A DNA stretch of 57,698 bases, from NCBI GenBank assembly GCA_034668045.1, contig JAXDQC010000074.1:1-57698 (forward strand), given 5' to 3'. How positions within the stretch are numbered: position 1 is the stretch's first letter; each line of letters starts with the position of its first letter. Shown one piece after another: positions 1-9,555 of the stretch. The notes below the pieces were generated by a model. The model did no database searches, was not told where the DNA came from, and worked only from the letters and a program-made list of their open reading frames with translations. This DNA is from Betaproteobacteria bacterium. GTDB taxonomy: Bacteria; Pseudomonadota; Gammaproteobacteria; Burkholderiales; SG8-39. The position numbers and the translations under genes were made by a program.

Positions 1-507
1 GGCGATCTTTTTCCCGCCGAAGTCGATCGCCGCCGACACCACCGACGGGTCCTTCGGCTCGAGATGGAAGCTGTGCACGTGATAGCAGGTGCCGCTGCCC
101 GACGGGAAGAGGCGGCTGGCGGGCTTCGCCGTCACGTCGCACCAGCCGATGTTGGGGACGCGAAAGCCCGGCACTGCCGGGAGCTTGCGGACCTTCCCGG
201 GAACGAGGCCGAGCCCCTCGTGCTTGCCGAATTCCTCGCTCTCGTCGGCGAGAAGCTGCATGCCAAGGCAGATGCCGAACACCGGCACGCCCGCTTTCGC
301 CGCACGGCGGATCGGCTCGACGAGGCCCTGTTCGCGCAGACTCGCCATGCCGTCGCCGAAAGCGCCGACGCCCGGCAGGAGCACCGCGTCGGCAGCGGCG
401 ACGTTGTCTTTCGTGGCGCGCGGCAGGCCGGCGACGCCGATGATCTCGAGCGCCCGCCTCACCGAGGCGAGGTTGCTGATCTGCATGTCGACGAGGACGG
501 CGCTCAT
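1..507 (-). CDS. HisH-like class-I glutamine amidotransferase (WbuY-type ammonia donor); C-terminus runs off the left window edge
   Basis: Not in the ORF track because it is open at the window edge. Reverse translation from the ATG at 507..505 gives MSAVLVDMQISNLASVRRALEIIGV...LLPGVGAFGDGM...VPVFGICLGMQLL, with the nucleophile Cys in GICLGMQ. ATGA overlap with the stop of the upstream gene at 504-506. Confidence 0.8.
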   Translation of the reverse strand, partial: MSAVLVDMQISNLASVRRALEIIGVAGLPRATKDNVAAADAVLLPGVGAFGDGMASLREQGLVEPIRRAAKAGVPVFGICLGMQLLADESEEFGKHEGLGLVPGKVRKLPAVPGFRVPNIGWCDVTAKPASRLFPSGSGTCYHVHSFHLEPKDPSVVSAAIDFGGKKIA

Positions 508-1847
508 CCGGCGACGCGCGGGGCGGGCTTGCGCTCGATCGGCTCGAACGTCATGCGCACCAGGTTCTTGTCCTCGAACGCGCGCACGTAGCGCGCGACG
601 CGCTCGAATGGCAGGTCGTGTTTTTCGGCGATGTCGAGCAGCGTCACCGAGCCGTCGAAATAGCGCAGCAGCGAATCGAGCAGCGCGCCCCATTTCTCCG
701 AATCCTCCGGCAGGTTCTTGTCGATCGCGGGGTCCTTGCGCTCGAGATACAGGTCGTACATCGGATTCGACAGGCAGATGAGGCCGTCGAAGCGCCGCTG
801 CATACGGGCGTTGCCCTCGAGCGTCTCGACGACCTTCTGCAGCACCGTCAGCGTCTCCTCGAGCTGGGCGGGCTGCATGAGCGAAGGCGAATCGAGGCTC
901 GTGTGGTACTCGCGGTAAGGCTGCATCAGGTCTTCCGAGCGCGTCACCTCGACGAACGGCACCTCGTAGCCCGGCGCTTCCCAGACCGTCTCGTCGTTGC
1001 CCGCACCCTGGCGCCACGGCACCTGCACCGATGCCTTAGCGTGGTGCCGCGCCGCGTTGGCGAACGCGCGGTCGAGCGCATGCCCGCCGAGAAACGTCGA
1101 AGCGATCTTGATCGGCCCGCCGGTTCCGGGCATTTCCTCGAACACGCCGCAGACGATCCGGTCGAGCTCGGCGCGCGGCATGTCGCGCAGGTAGAACACC
1201 GTGCCCAGATGCTCCGGGCCGATGACCAGCCGATACGTGTAGTAGGTGTCGCGCTCGCGCAGCCACTGGAAAAGCCGGATCAGCACGGCGGTGCCGGCGA
1301 AACCGTCGTTCGCCATGTGCGGATGACACGAGTTCGAGTGGAAGACGATGGTGCGATCGCTGCGCCCGCGCTTGTCGTGCTCGGCGAGCAGCATCTCGCC
1401 GGCGGAATACTCGGTCTGCAGGTCGACTTCGTAGCTGCCGGCGCCGAGCGCGCGGTAGATCTTGTGCGGCACGGAGAGCGCCCAGTCGGCGGCCCACGGC
1501 CGGTACTGCCACATGCAGTGAAAGACGTAGGCCTCGGGCAGGTCGGGATTAGTCACCAGCTTCGGCTTGAGCGCCTGCCAGTCGAGCTTGCCGGAATACG
1601 ACTTCGAGTAGCGGCCGACGCCGAGCGTGTGCGTGCGGCCGTCGAAAACCACTTTGCCGTCCTTGCGCAGCTCAGCCTTCTTGACGCGCCAGTTCTGCGG
1701 CACGACCCAGCCGTTGAAGCTGTCGCCCGACTTCCAGCGATGCAGCTTGAGCGGCAGCTCCTTGGCGATGCGCGCGAACAGCCGCTCGTTGTCGTCGGCG
1801 ACGACACCGGTCGCATATTCGCAGAGGTCGCGGCTGAGTGAAATCAT
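504..1847 (-). CDS. Aminopeptidase-like domain protein (DUF4910/DUF2172-type, COG4310-like) with a C-terminal winged-helix-like tail
   Basis: 447-aa ORF. The fold call comes from my recollection of this family in O-antigen loci (HSNSCHPHMANDGFAG..., EYHTSLD). ATGA overlaps on both sides. Confidence 0.6.
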   Translation of the reverse strand: MISLSRDLCEYATGVVADDNERLFARIAKELPLKLHRWKSGDSFNGWVVPQNWRVKKAELRKDGKVVFDGRTHTLGVGRYSKSYSGKLDWQALKPKLVTNPDLPEAYVFHCMWQYRPWAADWALSVPHKIYRALGAGSYEVDLQTEYSAGEMLLAEHDKRGRSDRTIVFHSNSCHPHMANDGFAGTAVLIRLFQWLRERDTYYTYRLVIGPEHLGTVFYLRDMPRAELDRIVCGVFEEMPGTGGPIKIASTFLGGHALDRAFANAARHHAKASVQVPWRQGAGNDETVWEAPGYEVPFVEVTRSEDLMQPYREYHTSLDSPSLMQPAQLEETLTVLQKVVETLEGNARMQRRFDGLICLSNPMYDLYLERKDPAIDKNLPEDSEKWGALLDSLLRYFDGSVTLLDIAEKHDLPFERVARYVRAFEDKNLVRMTFEPIERKPAPRVAG

Positions 1848-2728
1848 GTCCGGCGCTCCGGCAGAGGCGCCGGCTGGGACGGCAGTTTAGCGCGCGCAGC
1901 GCGGCGGGACCTGAAGAACGCGTAGAGCAGGACGAGGTCAAGCGCTCCCGCGACCACCATGGCGCCGTAGGCCGCCGGCGACTGCGCGAGCTTGAGCGCG
2001 ATCAGCGTGCGCGAGAGGCCGAAGCCCACGATCCAGACGTCGAAACTCATGCAGATGCGGCGGAAGGTTTCCGCATCCATGCGGTGGATCGCCCACGCGC
2101 CGAGCGGGATGCCCACCAGCACGCTCGGCACGATCCACCAGCCCAAGTGCATCGCTTCGGCGGTGAAGAGGCCGAGCTGGTAATAGGCGAACGCCGTCAG
2201 GCAGGACTCCGCCACGCGGATCAGCGCGAGGCCGGCGCGGAATTCCTGCTTGACCAGCCCCTGGTTGTTGAACAGGAGCGCGAGCGGAGGCCCGGAGATG
2301 GTCGTGACGGAGTACAGAAAACCAAGCGCGGTTCCAAAGGGCACGCCAATCGCTTTTTCCGCGCGGATCGGTCGGCGCACTCCGGCCGCCTGCAACAGGA
2401 TGAGCGGCAGCAGCAATGCATAGGTTGCGAACTTCAGCCAGTCGGGGTCGACGGAGGCGAGGACGTAGCTGCCGAGGGCGACGCCCGGTGCGAGGCCGAG
2501 GATGACGGGCCAGACCCGGCGCCAGACCGCACGGATCGCCGCGCGGTTGATCACCAGCACGTAGAGGTTGATGAACACCTCCACCAGGACGAGCGCCGGG
2601 TTGAGGACCCGGTTGGCGAAGAAGACCAGCCCGACCGGAACCGTCAGCGACGAAAAGCCGTAGCCGAGCGCGCCGTTCACGAACGCCGCCAGGAACGTAA
2701 TGACAACGAGCGCGATGAAACCGTCCAT
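1844..2728 (-). CDS. TauE/SafE (TSUP, DUF81) family integral-membrane permease for sulfur-containing anions
   Basis: 294-aa polytopic hydrophobic protein (MDGFIALVVITFLAAFVNGALGYGFSSLTVP...), typical of the TSUP N-terminus. ATGA overlap with the downstream gene. Confidence 0.78.
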   Translation of the reverse strand: MDGFIALVVITFLAAFVNGALGYGFSSLTVPVGLVFFANRVLNPALVLVEVFINLYVLVINRAAIRAVWRRVWPVILGLAPGVALGSYVLASVDPDWLKFATYALLLPLILLQAAGVRRPIRAEKAIGVPFGTALGFLYSVTTISGPPLALLFNNQGLVKQEFRAGLALIRVAESCLTAFAYYQLGLFTAEAMHLGWWIVPSVLVGIPLGAWAIHRMDAETFRRICMSFDVWIVGFGLSRTLIALKLAQSPAAYGAMVVAGALDLVLLYAFFRSRRAARAKLPSQPAPLPERRT

Positions 2729-2730
2729 GG

Positions 2731-3876
2731 CTAGCCGCCCCCCTTGAGGGCCTCGAAGGCCGATTCGAAGAGAAAGCAGCGCCGCACCAGGTCCGCGGCG
2801 GGACGCTGCGGCGCCTCGAGCAGCGCGCGGCGCGCGACCTCGAGTCCCATGTCGACCAGCACGTCGCCCGAGTCGGTGCGCCAGCTCGCGGGCGAGCCGT
2901 AGACGTCGAAGAAGGTTTTCGCCGGCAGCGCCGACAAGCCGCGATCACCCTCGGTGCGATAACCGAACAGCCCCATGTCAGGACCGCAGAGGTATTCGAT
3001 CAGCGCGACGTGCGTTTCGGGCAGGTAACTGCGCCAGCGCTCCGCCAGCCCGGCGTCGATGGTCGACACGGCAGCGTCATAGCTGCTGTTGCCCTGCCAT
3101 TTTCCGCCGCGCGACGGGTCCGAGAATTCGGCGGTTTCGAGCATGGCGCGGTCGAAATCGACGCCGAAGAAGCGGCACAGCTCGCGCGCGACCTTCTCCG
3201 GCTGCGCGACCAGCTCCTCGTAGCGCACGACCGTGAAGCGCTGCGCTTGCGCGCGCAGCGTCAGGGCGAAGGCGGCGGTTTTCCGCCAATGCCGGAGATA
3301 CGAGAGGATCTGCGCCTGCTGGCTCTGATCGTTCTCGCCCATCTTCAGCATCGAGGCGACGATGGCGCGCGGGTCGCGCACGATCAGTACCGTCTTCGAG
3401 CTCGGCCAGGTCTTGAAGAAGTGCGGCACGAACTCGATGCTCCAGAGCTCCTTCACGCCTGTCCACTTCGGCTTGCCGCGGCCGCGCGTCTTCGCCACGA
3501 GGTCGAGCCCCGCCTGCCAGATGGCGGCGAAGTTCGCCGCCTTCAGCTCGCCGAGATGCGGCACGAGGTCCGCGGATTCGTGCACCGCGCGTCCTTCGAG
3601 GTCCTTCTGCAGCGCCGGCCAGCTGGCTGTGTCGAACGGTATGGCGAAGCTCGCCTGCTGCACCGCCTCCATCAGGCGCTGCTGGTCCTCGAAGAAGTAG
3701 TAGTCGTGCAGCGGCGCCGACGGCGGGACGCCTTTCGCCGCCGCGCTGCGAAACCATTTCAGCACCGGCAGCATCGGGTCCATCGCCATGGCGAACGCGG
3801 GATGCTGCCCGAGCATGCGGCCGATCAGGTTCGTACCGCTGCGCGCGATGCCGGTAACGAAGGCGAAGTCAGCCAT
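2731..3876 (-). CDS. Cytosolic PAPS-dependent sulfotransferase
   Basis: Start moved to the internal ATG at 3876 ([22 protein letters not shown]). This start overlaps the stop of the upstream gene by 8 nt. It has a 5'-PSB-like loop (ARSGTN) and a 3'-PB-like motif (LIVRDPRAIVAS). No signal peptide or TM segment. Confidence 0.8.
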   Translation of the reverse strand: MADFAFVTGIARSGTNLIGRMLGQHPAFAMAMDPMLPVLKWFRSAAAKGVPPSAPLHDYYFFEDQQRLMEAVQQASFAIPFDTASWPALQKDLEGRAVHESADLVPHLGELKAANFAAIWQAGLDLVAKTRGRGKPKWTGVKELWSIEFVPHFFKTWPSSKTVLIVRDPRAIVASMLKMGENDQSQQAQILSYLRHWRKTAAFALTLRAQAQRFTVVRYEELVAQPEKVARELCRFFGVDFDRAMLETAEFSDPSRGGKWQGNSSYDAAVSTIDAGLAERWRSYLPETHVALIEYLCGPDMGLFGYRTEGDRGLSALPAKTFFDVYGSPASWRTDSGDVLVDMGLEVARRALLEAPQRPAADLVRRCFLFESAFEALKGGG

Positions 3877-5644
3877 GGCTCGCCCGCGCGCTTTCGCTCG
3901 ACACGACCGACAGCAGGTTGCGCTTGAGCTGCCCGCCGGGGCGCGAGAAGTCATGGCCGTAGAGCGCCTGCGCGACGCGGCGCAGCTCGATGCGCACCGA
4001 CTGTGCTTCCTCGGCCTGGGTCGTCGCCGGCAGGTCGGCGGGCGACATCAGCTCGAGCAGCGACCGGCTGCCCGAAGCGATCGCCTTCGCCACCATCGGC
4101 CCCATGCGCAGCTGCGGGGCGCGGGCGCGGGTGTCCCTCGCCTGCGTTGCCGTGGAATTGACCATGCGCTCCAGGCGACGCACCAGCCGTACCGGCAGAC
4201 TGCGTCGGGCGTGCTCCTTGTAGGAATAGCTGTCGCTGAGGTCGATCCGGGAATAGAGGTCGTCGAGCGCGAACCAACGGAACGCCTTGGTGCTGTTCTC
4301 CAGGCGCCAGCCGTCGCGCAGCGCGACGTCGATCAGCGAAAGATATTCGGCCGCCGTGTCCGCGGCGTAGTTGATGTCGGGCGCGTAGAAGATCGTGCGC
4401 GTCGAGTAGAGCAGCGTCGGAATGCCGAAGAAGCTCATCTCCTTGCCGGCGTTCGACCAGGCGTTGAGGCAGAGGTCCATTTCCTCGGCGAGGTCGTAGA
4501 GCGAGACGCCGTCGGAGGGCCAGTTGACGCGCACGTTCGGCGGCAGGTCGGTGAAGCGCTTCTCCAGCTCGGCGGCGTGCGCCGATTTCACCCGTTCGCG
4601 GCGGTTCGGAAACTCGCGCGGATGGACGCGCACCAGGAGGAAAAGATCGTCGCGCTTGCGGAAAAACTCGATCAGCCGCTCGATCCACTCGATCTGCGTG
4701 CGGAACGCGCCGCGCTCGAGCGGCGGGATCTGGCCGGTCACCTCGCCCGCCAGCAGCTCGTCGTAGCTGCTCATGGTCGCCACCACCAGCTTCTGTCCCG
4801 GCCGCAGGCCGAAGCGGCCGCGCAGGTCGGGCGCGGTGTCGGAGCGAGCGAGCGAGTAGACAAAGGCGGCTCTGCCCTTGATCAGCTCGAGGAAGTGGTC
4901 GGTAACGTAGCGCGCCGCGCTCGGGCTGCACGGCACGTGCTTGAAGCGCTGCCACTGCGCGATGTTCTCGCCCTGCCAGTAGAGGCCGCGGGTGAAGATC
5001 AGCTTCTGCAAGCGGTCGGAGAGGTTGTTGCTGCCCTGGATGTAGTATTGCGCCACGCCGCGTTTTTCGGCGAGCTTCGCCCAGACGAGGTTCACCGAGT
5101 AGCCGGGCGAGTACAGAACCAGGCGGTCGGGCTGCTCGGCGTCGAACACGCGGCACGCGGCGAGCAGAGAGAGCAGCGAGTTGCGGATCTCGGTAAGGAG
5201 GATCGGCCACTCCGCGTCAGAGAACACCAGCTCCGCCTTCTTGTGCACGAGAAGAAAGGTGCTGAGCGCGGCGCGGCCGTATTCGACGCCGGCGTGCATC
5301 GCCTGCAGGAAGTTTTCGCGCGTGAGGCCGGCAAGCTCGCGCTCCGCGAGGGCATGGTCCTCGGGCGTGAGCAGTTCCGCGATGTCGCGGCCGCGCAAGC
5401 CGAGGTTCTCGCGCAGCACGTTCGCGTTCTGCCGGCAGAGCTCGCACGCCGCCGCCTTCTCCGCCGGCGAGCGGTCGAAGCCCAGGCCCATGGAGGTCAT
5501 CGGCACGCACTGCCGCTCGAATACGCGCCCGCAGGTCAGGTAGACCACGTCGTGGCCGTTCTGCGCGAGCGCCTCTGCGATCAGCGCCTCGGGGAAGGCG
5601 TGGATCCAGATCGCAGCGTGGGGAGCGAAAAAGACCGTTTTCAA
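3869..5644 (-). CDS. Capsule-biosynthesis (KpsS/KpsC/LpsZ-like, Capsule_synth-type) putative GT-B glycosyltransferase
   Basis: 591-aa ORF with a TTG start in a TTGA overlap with the cysNC stop. The C-terminal half ([11 protein letters not shown]...[21 protein letters not shown]) resembles the HP-containing nucleotide-sugar domain of the capsule synthesis family. This family assignment is tentative. Confidence 0.5.
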   Translation of the reverse strand: MKTVFFAPHAAIWIHAFPEALIAEALAQNGHDVVYLTCGRVFERQCVPMTSMGLGFDRSPAEKAAACELCRQNANVLRENLGLRGRDIAELLTPEDHALAERELAGLTRENFLQAMHAGVEYGRAALSTFLLVHKKAELVFSDAEWPILLTEIRNSLLSLLAACRVFDAEQPDRLVLYSPGYSVNLVWAKLAEKRGVAQYYIQGSNNLSDRLQKLIFTRGLYWQGENIAQWQRFKHVPCSPSAARYVTDHFLELIKGRAAFVYSLARSDTAPDLRGRFGLRPGQKLVVATMSSYDELLAGEVTGQIPPLERGAFRTQIEWIERLIEFFRKRDDLFLLVRVHPREFPNRRERVKSAHAAELEKRFTDLPPNVRVNWPSDGVSLYDLAEEMDLCLNAWSNAGKEMSFFGIPTLLYSTRTIFYAPDINYAADTAAEYLSLIDVALRDGWRLENSTKAFRWFALDDLYSRIDLSDSYSYKEHARRSLPVRLVRRLERMVNSTATQARDTRARAPQLRMGPMVAKAIASGSRSLLELMSPADLPATTQAEEAQSVRIELRRVAQALYGHDFSRPGGQLKRNLLSVVSSESARASHG

Positions 5645-7482
5645 GTCGCCCCCGATGGTCTGTCGAGCTTCGCCAGGATCTGCTCGACGGCCTGCGTCGG
5701 GCTCGCCGACGCGGTGTCGAGACGCACGTCCGGCGCTTCCGGCTTCTCGTAGGCGCTATCGATGCCGGTGAAGTTCTTCAGCTCGCCGCGCCTCGCCTTG
5801 CCGTACAGACCCTTCGGGTCCCTGCGCTCGCATTCGGCGAGCGGCGTGTCGACGAACACCTCGTAGAACTCTCCCGGCTGGAACAGCGCCCGCGCCTGCG
5901 CGCGCTCGGCGCGGAACGGCGAGATGAAGGAGACGATGACCAGCAGGCCGGCATCGACCATCAGCTTCGCCACCTCGGCGACGCGGCGGATGTTTTCGAC
6001 CCGGTCGGCTTCGGTGAAGCCGAGGTCGCGGTTCAGGCCGTGGCGCACGTTGTCGCCGTCGAGGAGATAGGTATGCCGCCCGTCGGCGTGCAGGCGCTTC
6101 TCCAGCAGGTCGGCGATGGTGGATTTGCCGGCGCCGGAGAGGCCGGTGAACCAGAGGCAGCACGGCCGCTGCATCTTCAGCGCGGCGCGCGCGTCCTTGC
6201 TGACCGAGAGCGCCTGCCAGTGGATGTTCGACGCCCGGCGCAGCGCGAAGGCGAGCATGCCGGCGCCGGCGGTCTCGTTCGTCAGCCGGTCGACGACGAT
6301 GAAAGCGCCGAGGCGGCGGTTCTGCTGGTAGGGCTCGAAGGCGACCGGCCGGTCGATGCTGACGGTCACCTCGCCGATCTCGTTGAGCGCCAGGGACTTC
6401 GCCGCGAGCTGCGCGCCGCTGTTCACATCGACGCGGTACTTGATGTGCGTGATGCTGCCGCCGACCTCGCGGCTGTGGAATTTCAGGAGATAGGGACGGC
6501 CGGCGACGAGCGGCTTCTCGCTCATCCACAGCATGCGCGCCTCGAACTGGTCGCTCGCCTCGACCGGCTGCGCCGCTTCGGCGATCACGTCGCCGCGGCT
6601 CACGTCGACCTCGCGGTCGAGGACCAGCGTCACCGATTCGCCGGCTTCGGACTCGCGCACGTCCGCGGCCGCGCGCAGGATCGATTTCACCCGCGCCTGC
6701 ACGCCGCTCGGCGCGACCGAGACGCTGCCGCCGACCGCGATGCGCCCCTGCGCGATGCGCCCGCAGTAGCCGCGGAACTCCGCGTTCGGCCGGTTCACCC
6801 ACTGCACCGGCATGCGGAACGCGCCCTGCGCCGGATCGTGGTCGGGCTGCGCCTGCTCGAGGTGCTCGAGCAGCGTCGCCCCCGAATACCACGGCGATTG
6901 GCGGCTCTTGAAGGTGACGTTGTCGCCGGCGAGTGCAGAAACGGGCAGCGCCTGCACCCGAGTCAAGCCGAGCTCGGCAGCGAACGCGCGATAGTCGCGC
7001 ACGATGTTCTCGAAGGTCTCGCCCGACCAGCCGACGAGGTCCATCTTGTTGACCGCCAGCAGCACCTGCTTCACGCCCAGCATGGCGACGATGCGCGTAT
7101 GGCGGCGGGTCTGCGTCAGCACGCCCTTGCGCGCGTCGAGAAGGATGAGCGCAAGGTCGGCGGTCGAGGCCGCGGTGGCCATGTTGCGCGTGTACTGCTC
7201 GTGGCCCGGCGTGTCGGCGATGATGAAGCGCCGCTCGGCGGTCGCGAAGAAGCGGTAGGCGACGTCGATGGTGATGCCCTGCTCGCGCTCGGCCTGCAGC
7301 CCGTCGACGAGCAGCGCCAGGTCGATCTCCTCGCCCTGCGTGCCGTAGCGCTTCGAGTCGGCGCGCAGCGCGTGCAGCTGGTCCTCGAAGATCTGCTTCG
7401 ACTCGTAGAGCAGCCTGCCGACCAGCGTCGACTTGCCGTCGTCGACGCTGCCGCAGGTGATGAGGCGCAGGCGGCGCTTCAC
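5641..7482 (-). CDS. cysNC: Bifunctional sulfate adenylyltransferase subunit 1 / adenylylsulfate (APS) kinase (CysN-CysC fusion, NodQ-type)
   Basis: GTG start at 7482 ([19 protein letters not shown]), overlapping the cysD TAG by 1 nt. GTPase motifs DTPGH and NKMD are present, and the C-terminal domain has the P-loop GLSGAGKST. The longer 749-aa track ORF is rejected. Confidence 0.92.
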   Translation of the reverse strand: MKRRLRLITCGSVDDGKSTLVGRLLYESKQIFEDQLHALRADSKRYGTQGEEIDLALLVDGLQAEREQGITIDVAYRFFATAERRFIIADTPGHEQYTRNMATAASTADLALILLDARKGVLTQTRRHTRIVAMLGVKQVLLAVNKMDLVGWSGETFENIVRDYRAFAAELGLTRVQALPVSALAGDNVTFKSRQSPWYSGATLLEHLEQAQPDHDPAQGAFRMPVQWVNRPNAEFRGYCGRIAQGRIAVGGSVSVAPSGVQARVKSILRAAADVRESEAGESVTLVLDREVDVSRGDVIAEAAQPVEASDQFEARMLWMSEKPLVAGRPYLLKFHSREVGGSITHIKYRVDVNSGAQLAAKSLALNEIGEVTVSIDRPVAFEPYQQNRRLGAFIVVDRLTNETAGAGMLAFALRRASNIHWQALSVSKDARAALKMQRPCCLWFTGLSGAGKSTIADLLEKRLHADGRHTYLLDGDNVRHGLNRDLGFTEADRVENIRRVAEVAKLMVDAGLLVIVSFISPFRAERAQARALFQPGEFYEVFVDTPLAECERRDPKGLYGKARRGELKNFTGIDSAYEKPEAPDVRLDTASASPTQAVEQILAKLDRPSGAT

Positions 7483-8384
7483 TAGAAGTAGCCCTCCTGC
7501 TTCTTGCGCTCCATCGAGCCCGCGCCGTCGTGGTCGATGAGTCGCCCCTGCCGCTCGGAAGTGCGCGCCGCGAGCGTCTCGCGGACGATGTCGGCCACGG
7601 TCGCGGCCGGGCTCTCGATCGCCGCGGTGAGCGGGTAGCAGCCGAGCGTGCGGAAGCGCACCGTGCGCATCTCGGGCTTCTCGCCCTTCTCCAGCGGCAG
7701 GCGCTCGTCGTCGACCATGATCCACTGGTTGCTGCGCTTCACCACCGGCCGCGGCTTGGCGAAATAGAGCGGCACGATCGGGATCCGCTCCTGCTCGATG
7801 TACTGCCAGACGTCGCCCTCGGTCCAGTTGGAGAGCGGAAACACGCGAATGCTCTCGCCCGGGTTGATGCGCGTGTTGTACAGGTTCCACAACTCCGGGC
7901 GCTGCGCCTTCGGGTCCCAGCGATGGCCCTTGGCGCGGAAGGAGAAGACGCGCTCCTTCGCGCGCGACTTTTCCTCGTCGCGCCGCGCGCCGCCGAAAGC
8001 GAGCTCGAAGCCGAGGCTGTCGAGCGCCTGGCGCAGCGCCACGGTCTTCATCACGTCGGTGTAGCGCTCCGAGCCGTGCGTGAAGGGGTTGATCCCCTCG
8101 GCGAGGCCCTCGCGGTTGGTGTGCACCAGCAGCCGGAAGCCCGCCTCGCGCGCCATGCGGTCGCGGAAGGCGATCATTTCGCGGAACTTCCAGGTGGTGT
8201 CGATGTGCAGCAGCGGGAACGGCAGCGGCCCCGGCGCGAACGCCTTCTGCGCGAGGCGCAGCATCACCGAGGAGTCCTTGCCGATCGAATACAGCATCAC
8301 CGGCTTCGGCGAGGTCGCGATCGCCTCGCGGAAGATCTCGATCGATTCCGCTTCCAGCTCGGCGAGGATGGGATCGATCGCCAT
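7482..8384 (-). CDS. cysD: Sulfate adenylyltransferase subunit 2 (NodP-type)
   Basis: Start at the internal ATG 8384 ([20 protein letters not shown]...), with PP-loop SIGKDSS and a C-terminal ...KKQEGYF. TGATG junction with the upstream gene. Confidence 0.92.
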   Translation of the reverse strand: MAIDPILAELEAESIEIFREAIATSPKPVMLYSIGKDSSVMLRLAQKAFAPGPLPFPLLHIDTTWKFREMIAFRDRMAREAGFRLLVHTNREGLAEGINPFTHGSERYTDVMKTVALRQALDSLGFELAFGGARRDEEKSRAKERVFSFRAKGHRWDPKAQRPELWNLYNTRINPGESIRVFPLSNWTEGDVWQYIEQERIPIVPLYFAKPRPVVKRSNQWIMVDDERLPLEKGEKPEMRTVRFRTLGCYPLTAAIESPAATVADIVRETLAARTSERQGRLIDHDGAGSMERKKQEGYF

Positions 8385-9190
8385 CACGCCGCCGCCACGA
8401 AGGCTCGCAGCGTGTACTTGCTGCTTGGCTCGCGCAGGCGTTCCTCGCGCAGCAAGCGGAATCCGGATCGCCTCACCAGGGTGCGCGTCGACTCGGCGCT
8501 GAAGACGTGGTGATGGTCGATGCAGAACTCCTCGCGGCCCGGCCCGTCGACTTGCGCCGATTCGCCGTCGGGCACTTCCAGGTACACCGTACCGCCGGGA
8601 GCGAGCCAGCCGGCGGCTTTGCCCAGCATCTCCACGGGATCGAGCACGTGCTCGAGCACCTTGTTGAAGGTGATCAGGTCGTAGCGCCCGTGCGGCGCCA
8701 TGTGCATGAAATCGCCGCTGATCGCCTCGACGCCGACCACGTCGCGGGCGTGCGCCGCGGCGCGCGGGTCGGGGTCGAGCGCGATGCAGCGCCAGCCGGT
8801 CTCGGCCTCTAGCCGGTGCAGGAAGACGCACAGCCCTGAGCCGACGTCGAGCACCGAGAGCTTTTTCCCGGAACCGAAGTGTCCGTGCGCATACTCGACG
8901 ACACGCGCGACGCGGCCGGTGTTGTCCGACTTCTCCGGCAGCAGCGCAGTGATGCGGTCGAAGGCGCGGCGCAAGCCGTCGCCGCCGTAGGTGGCTTCGA
9001 CATAGGCGCCGGAATAGAGCCCGGACATGTCCATTTCGTGCTGCGAGACGAAGTGGCCGCAGCGGCGGCAGCGCGCCATGCGCCGGCGGTACTCGCCCTT
9101 GAGCGGAAAGCGCACCTCGCCCGCCGGCGGCTCGAGGTACTCGAACACCGTGTCGAACTCGCGCCCGCCGCAGAGGCACTGCTGGATCAT
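8384..9190 (-). CDS. Class I SAM-dependent methyltransferase with an N-terminal Cys4 zinc-ribbon-like motif
   Basis: Start at ATG 9190 in an ATGA overlap (MIQQCLCGG...ARCRRCGH). SAM motif I is LDVGSGLC. Confidence 0.75.
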   Translation of the reverse strand: MIQQCLCGGREFDTVFEYLEPPAGEVRFPLKGEYRRRMARCRRCGHFVSQHEMDMSGLYSGAYVEATYGGDGLRRAFDRITALLPEKSDNTGRVARVVEYAHGHFGSGKKLSVLDVGSGLCVFLHRLEAETGWRCIALDPDPRAAAHARDVVGVEAISGDFMHMAPHGRYDLITFNKVLEHVLDPVEMLGKAAGWLAPGGTVYLEVPDGESAQVDGPGREEFCIDHHHVFSAESTRTLVRRSGFRLLREERLREPSSKYTLRAFVAAA

Positions 9191-9555
9191 TTGGCTTCGA
9201 GCGCTCGCAGCTTCTCGTCGCTGTCCATCCAGCACACGATCGCCAGGCGTTCGCTTTTCACGTAGGCGTCGAACTCGGCCTGCTTGCCCTTCTCCACCAG
9301 CAGCACGAAGTAGCGCCCGCTCGGGTTCTTCACCAGCACCGCGCGCAGGCCGAACGACGCGAGGCGGCCGTTGAGCGACGGCGTGGCATAGAAGCCCCAG
9401 TCCTTGCGCGCCAGATCGTATTCGGCGCCCGACTCGGTGACGAAGGTGACCTGCTCGTCGGGCGCGAGACGCAGCGTGCCGCAGTCGCGCATCGGGAATT
9501 TCTCGACGTTGCCGACCTGGAACACGCGCGGCGGACGCTTCTCGTCGAATTTCAT
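9187..9555 (-). CDS. Hypothetical 122-aa protein, no recognisable family
   Basis: [30 protein letters not shown]... ATGA overlaps at both ends (9552-9555 and 9187-9190) argue that it is translated. Confidence 0.6.
   Translation of the reverse strand: MKFDEKRPPRVFQVGNVEKFPMRDCGTLRLAPDEQVTFVTESGAEYDLARKDWGFYATPSLNGRLASFGLRAVLVKNPSGRYFVLLVEKGKQAEFDAYVKSERLAIVCWMDSDEKLRALEAK

Noticed and set aside
1-507. HisH as a histidine-biosynthesis gene.
   Set aside because: It is ATGA-coupled into the glycan operon, and a WbuX-type amidotransferase is present. A WbuY-type ammonia donor is the better reading, although the HisF partner is outside the window.
618-1841. Long antisense or alternative-frame ORFs throughout the track (for example 618-1841 +, 3788-5752 +, 10964-12577 +, 20055-21896 +, 42472-44448 -, 47907-49811 +, 33875-35647 +).
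   Set aside because: They are Arg/Ala/Gly/Pro-rich low-complexity translations opposite genes with clear family signatures. This is the expected stop-codon-poor shadow-frame artefact of high-GC DNA.
5641-7890. N-terminally extended track ORFs: the 749-aa cysNC, 565-aa cysD, 501-aa NeuB, 441-aa GNAT, 517-aa oxidoreductase, 609-aa dehydrogenase, 592-aa WaaG-like, 832-aa argS and 443-aa hemE.
   Set aside because: The extensions are low-complexity and overlap the upstream gene. Conserved N-terminal motifs begin at internal starts that form ATGA, GTGA or 1-nt junctions with the upstream stop.
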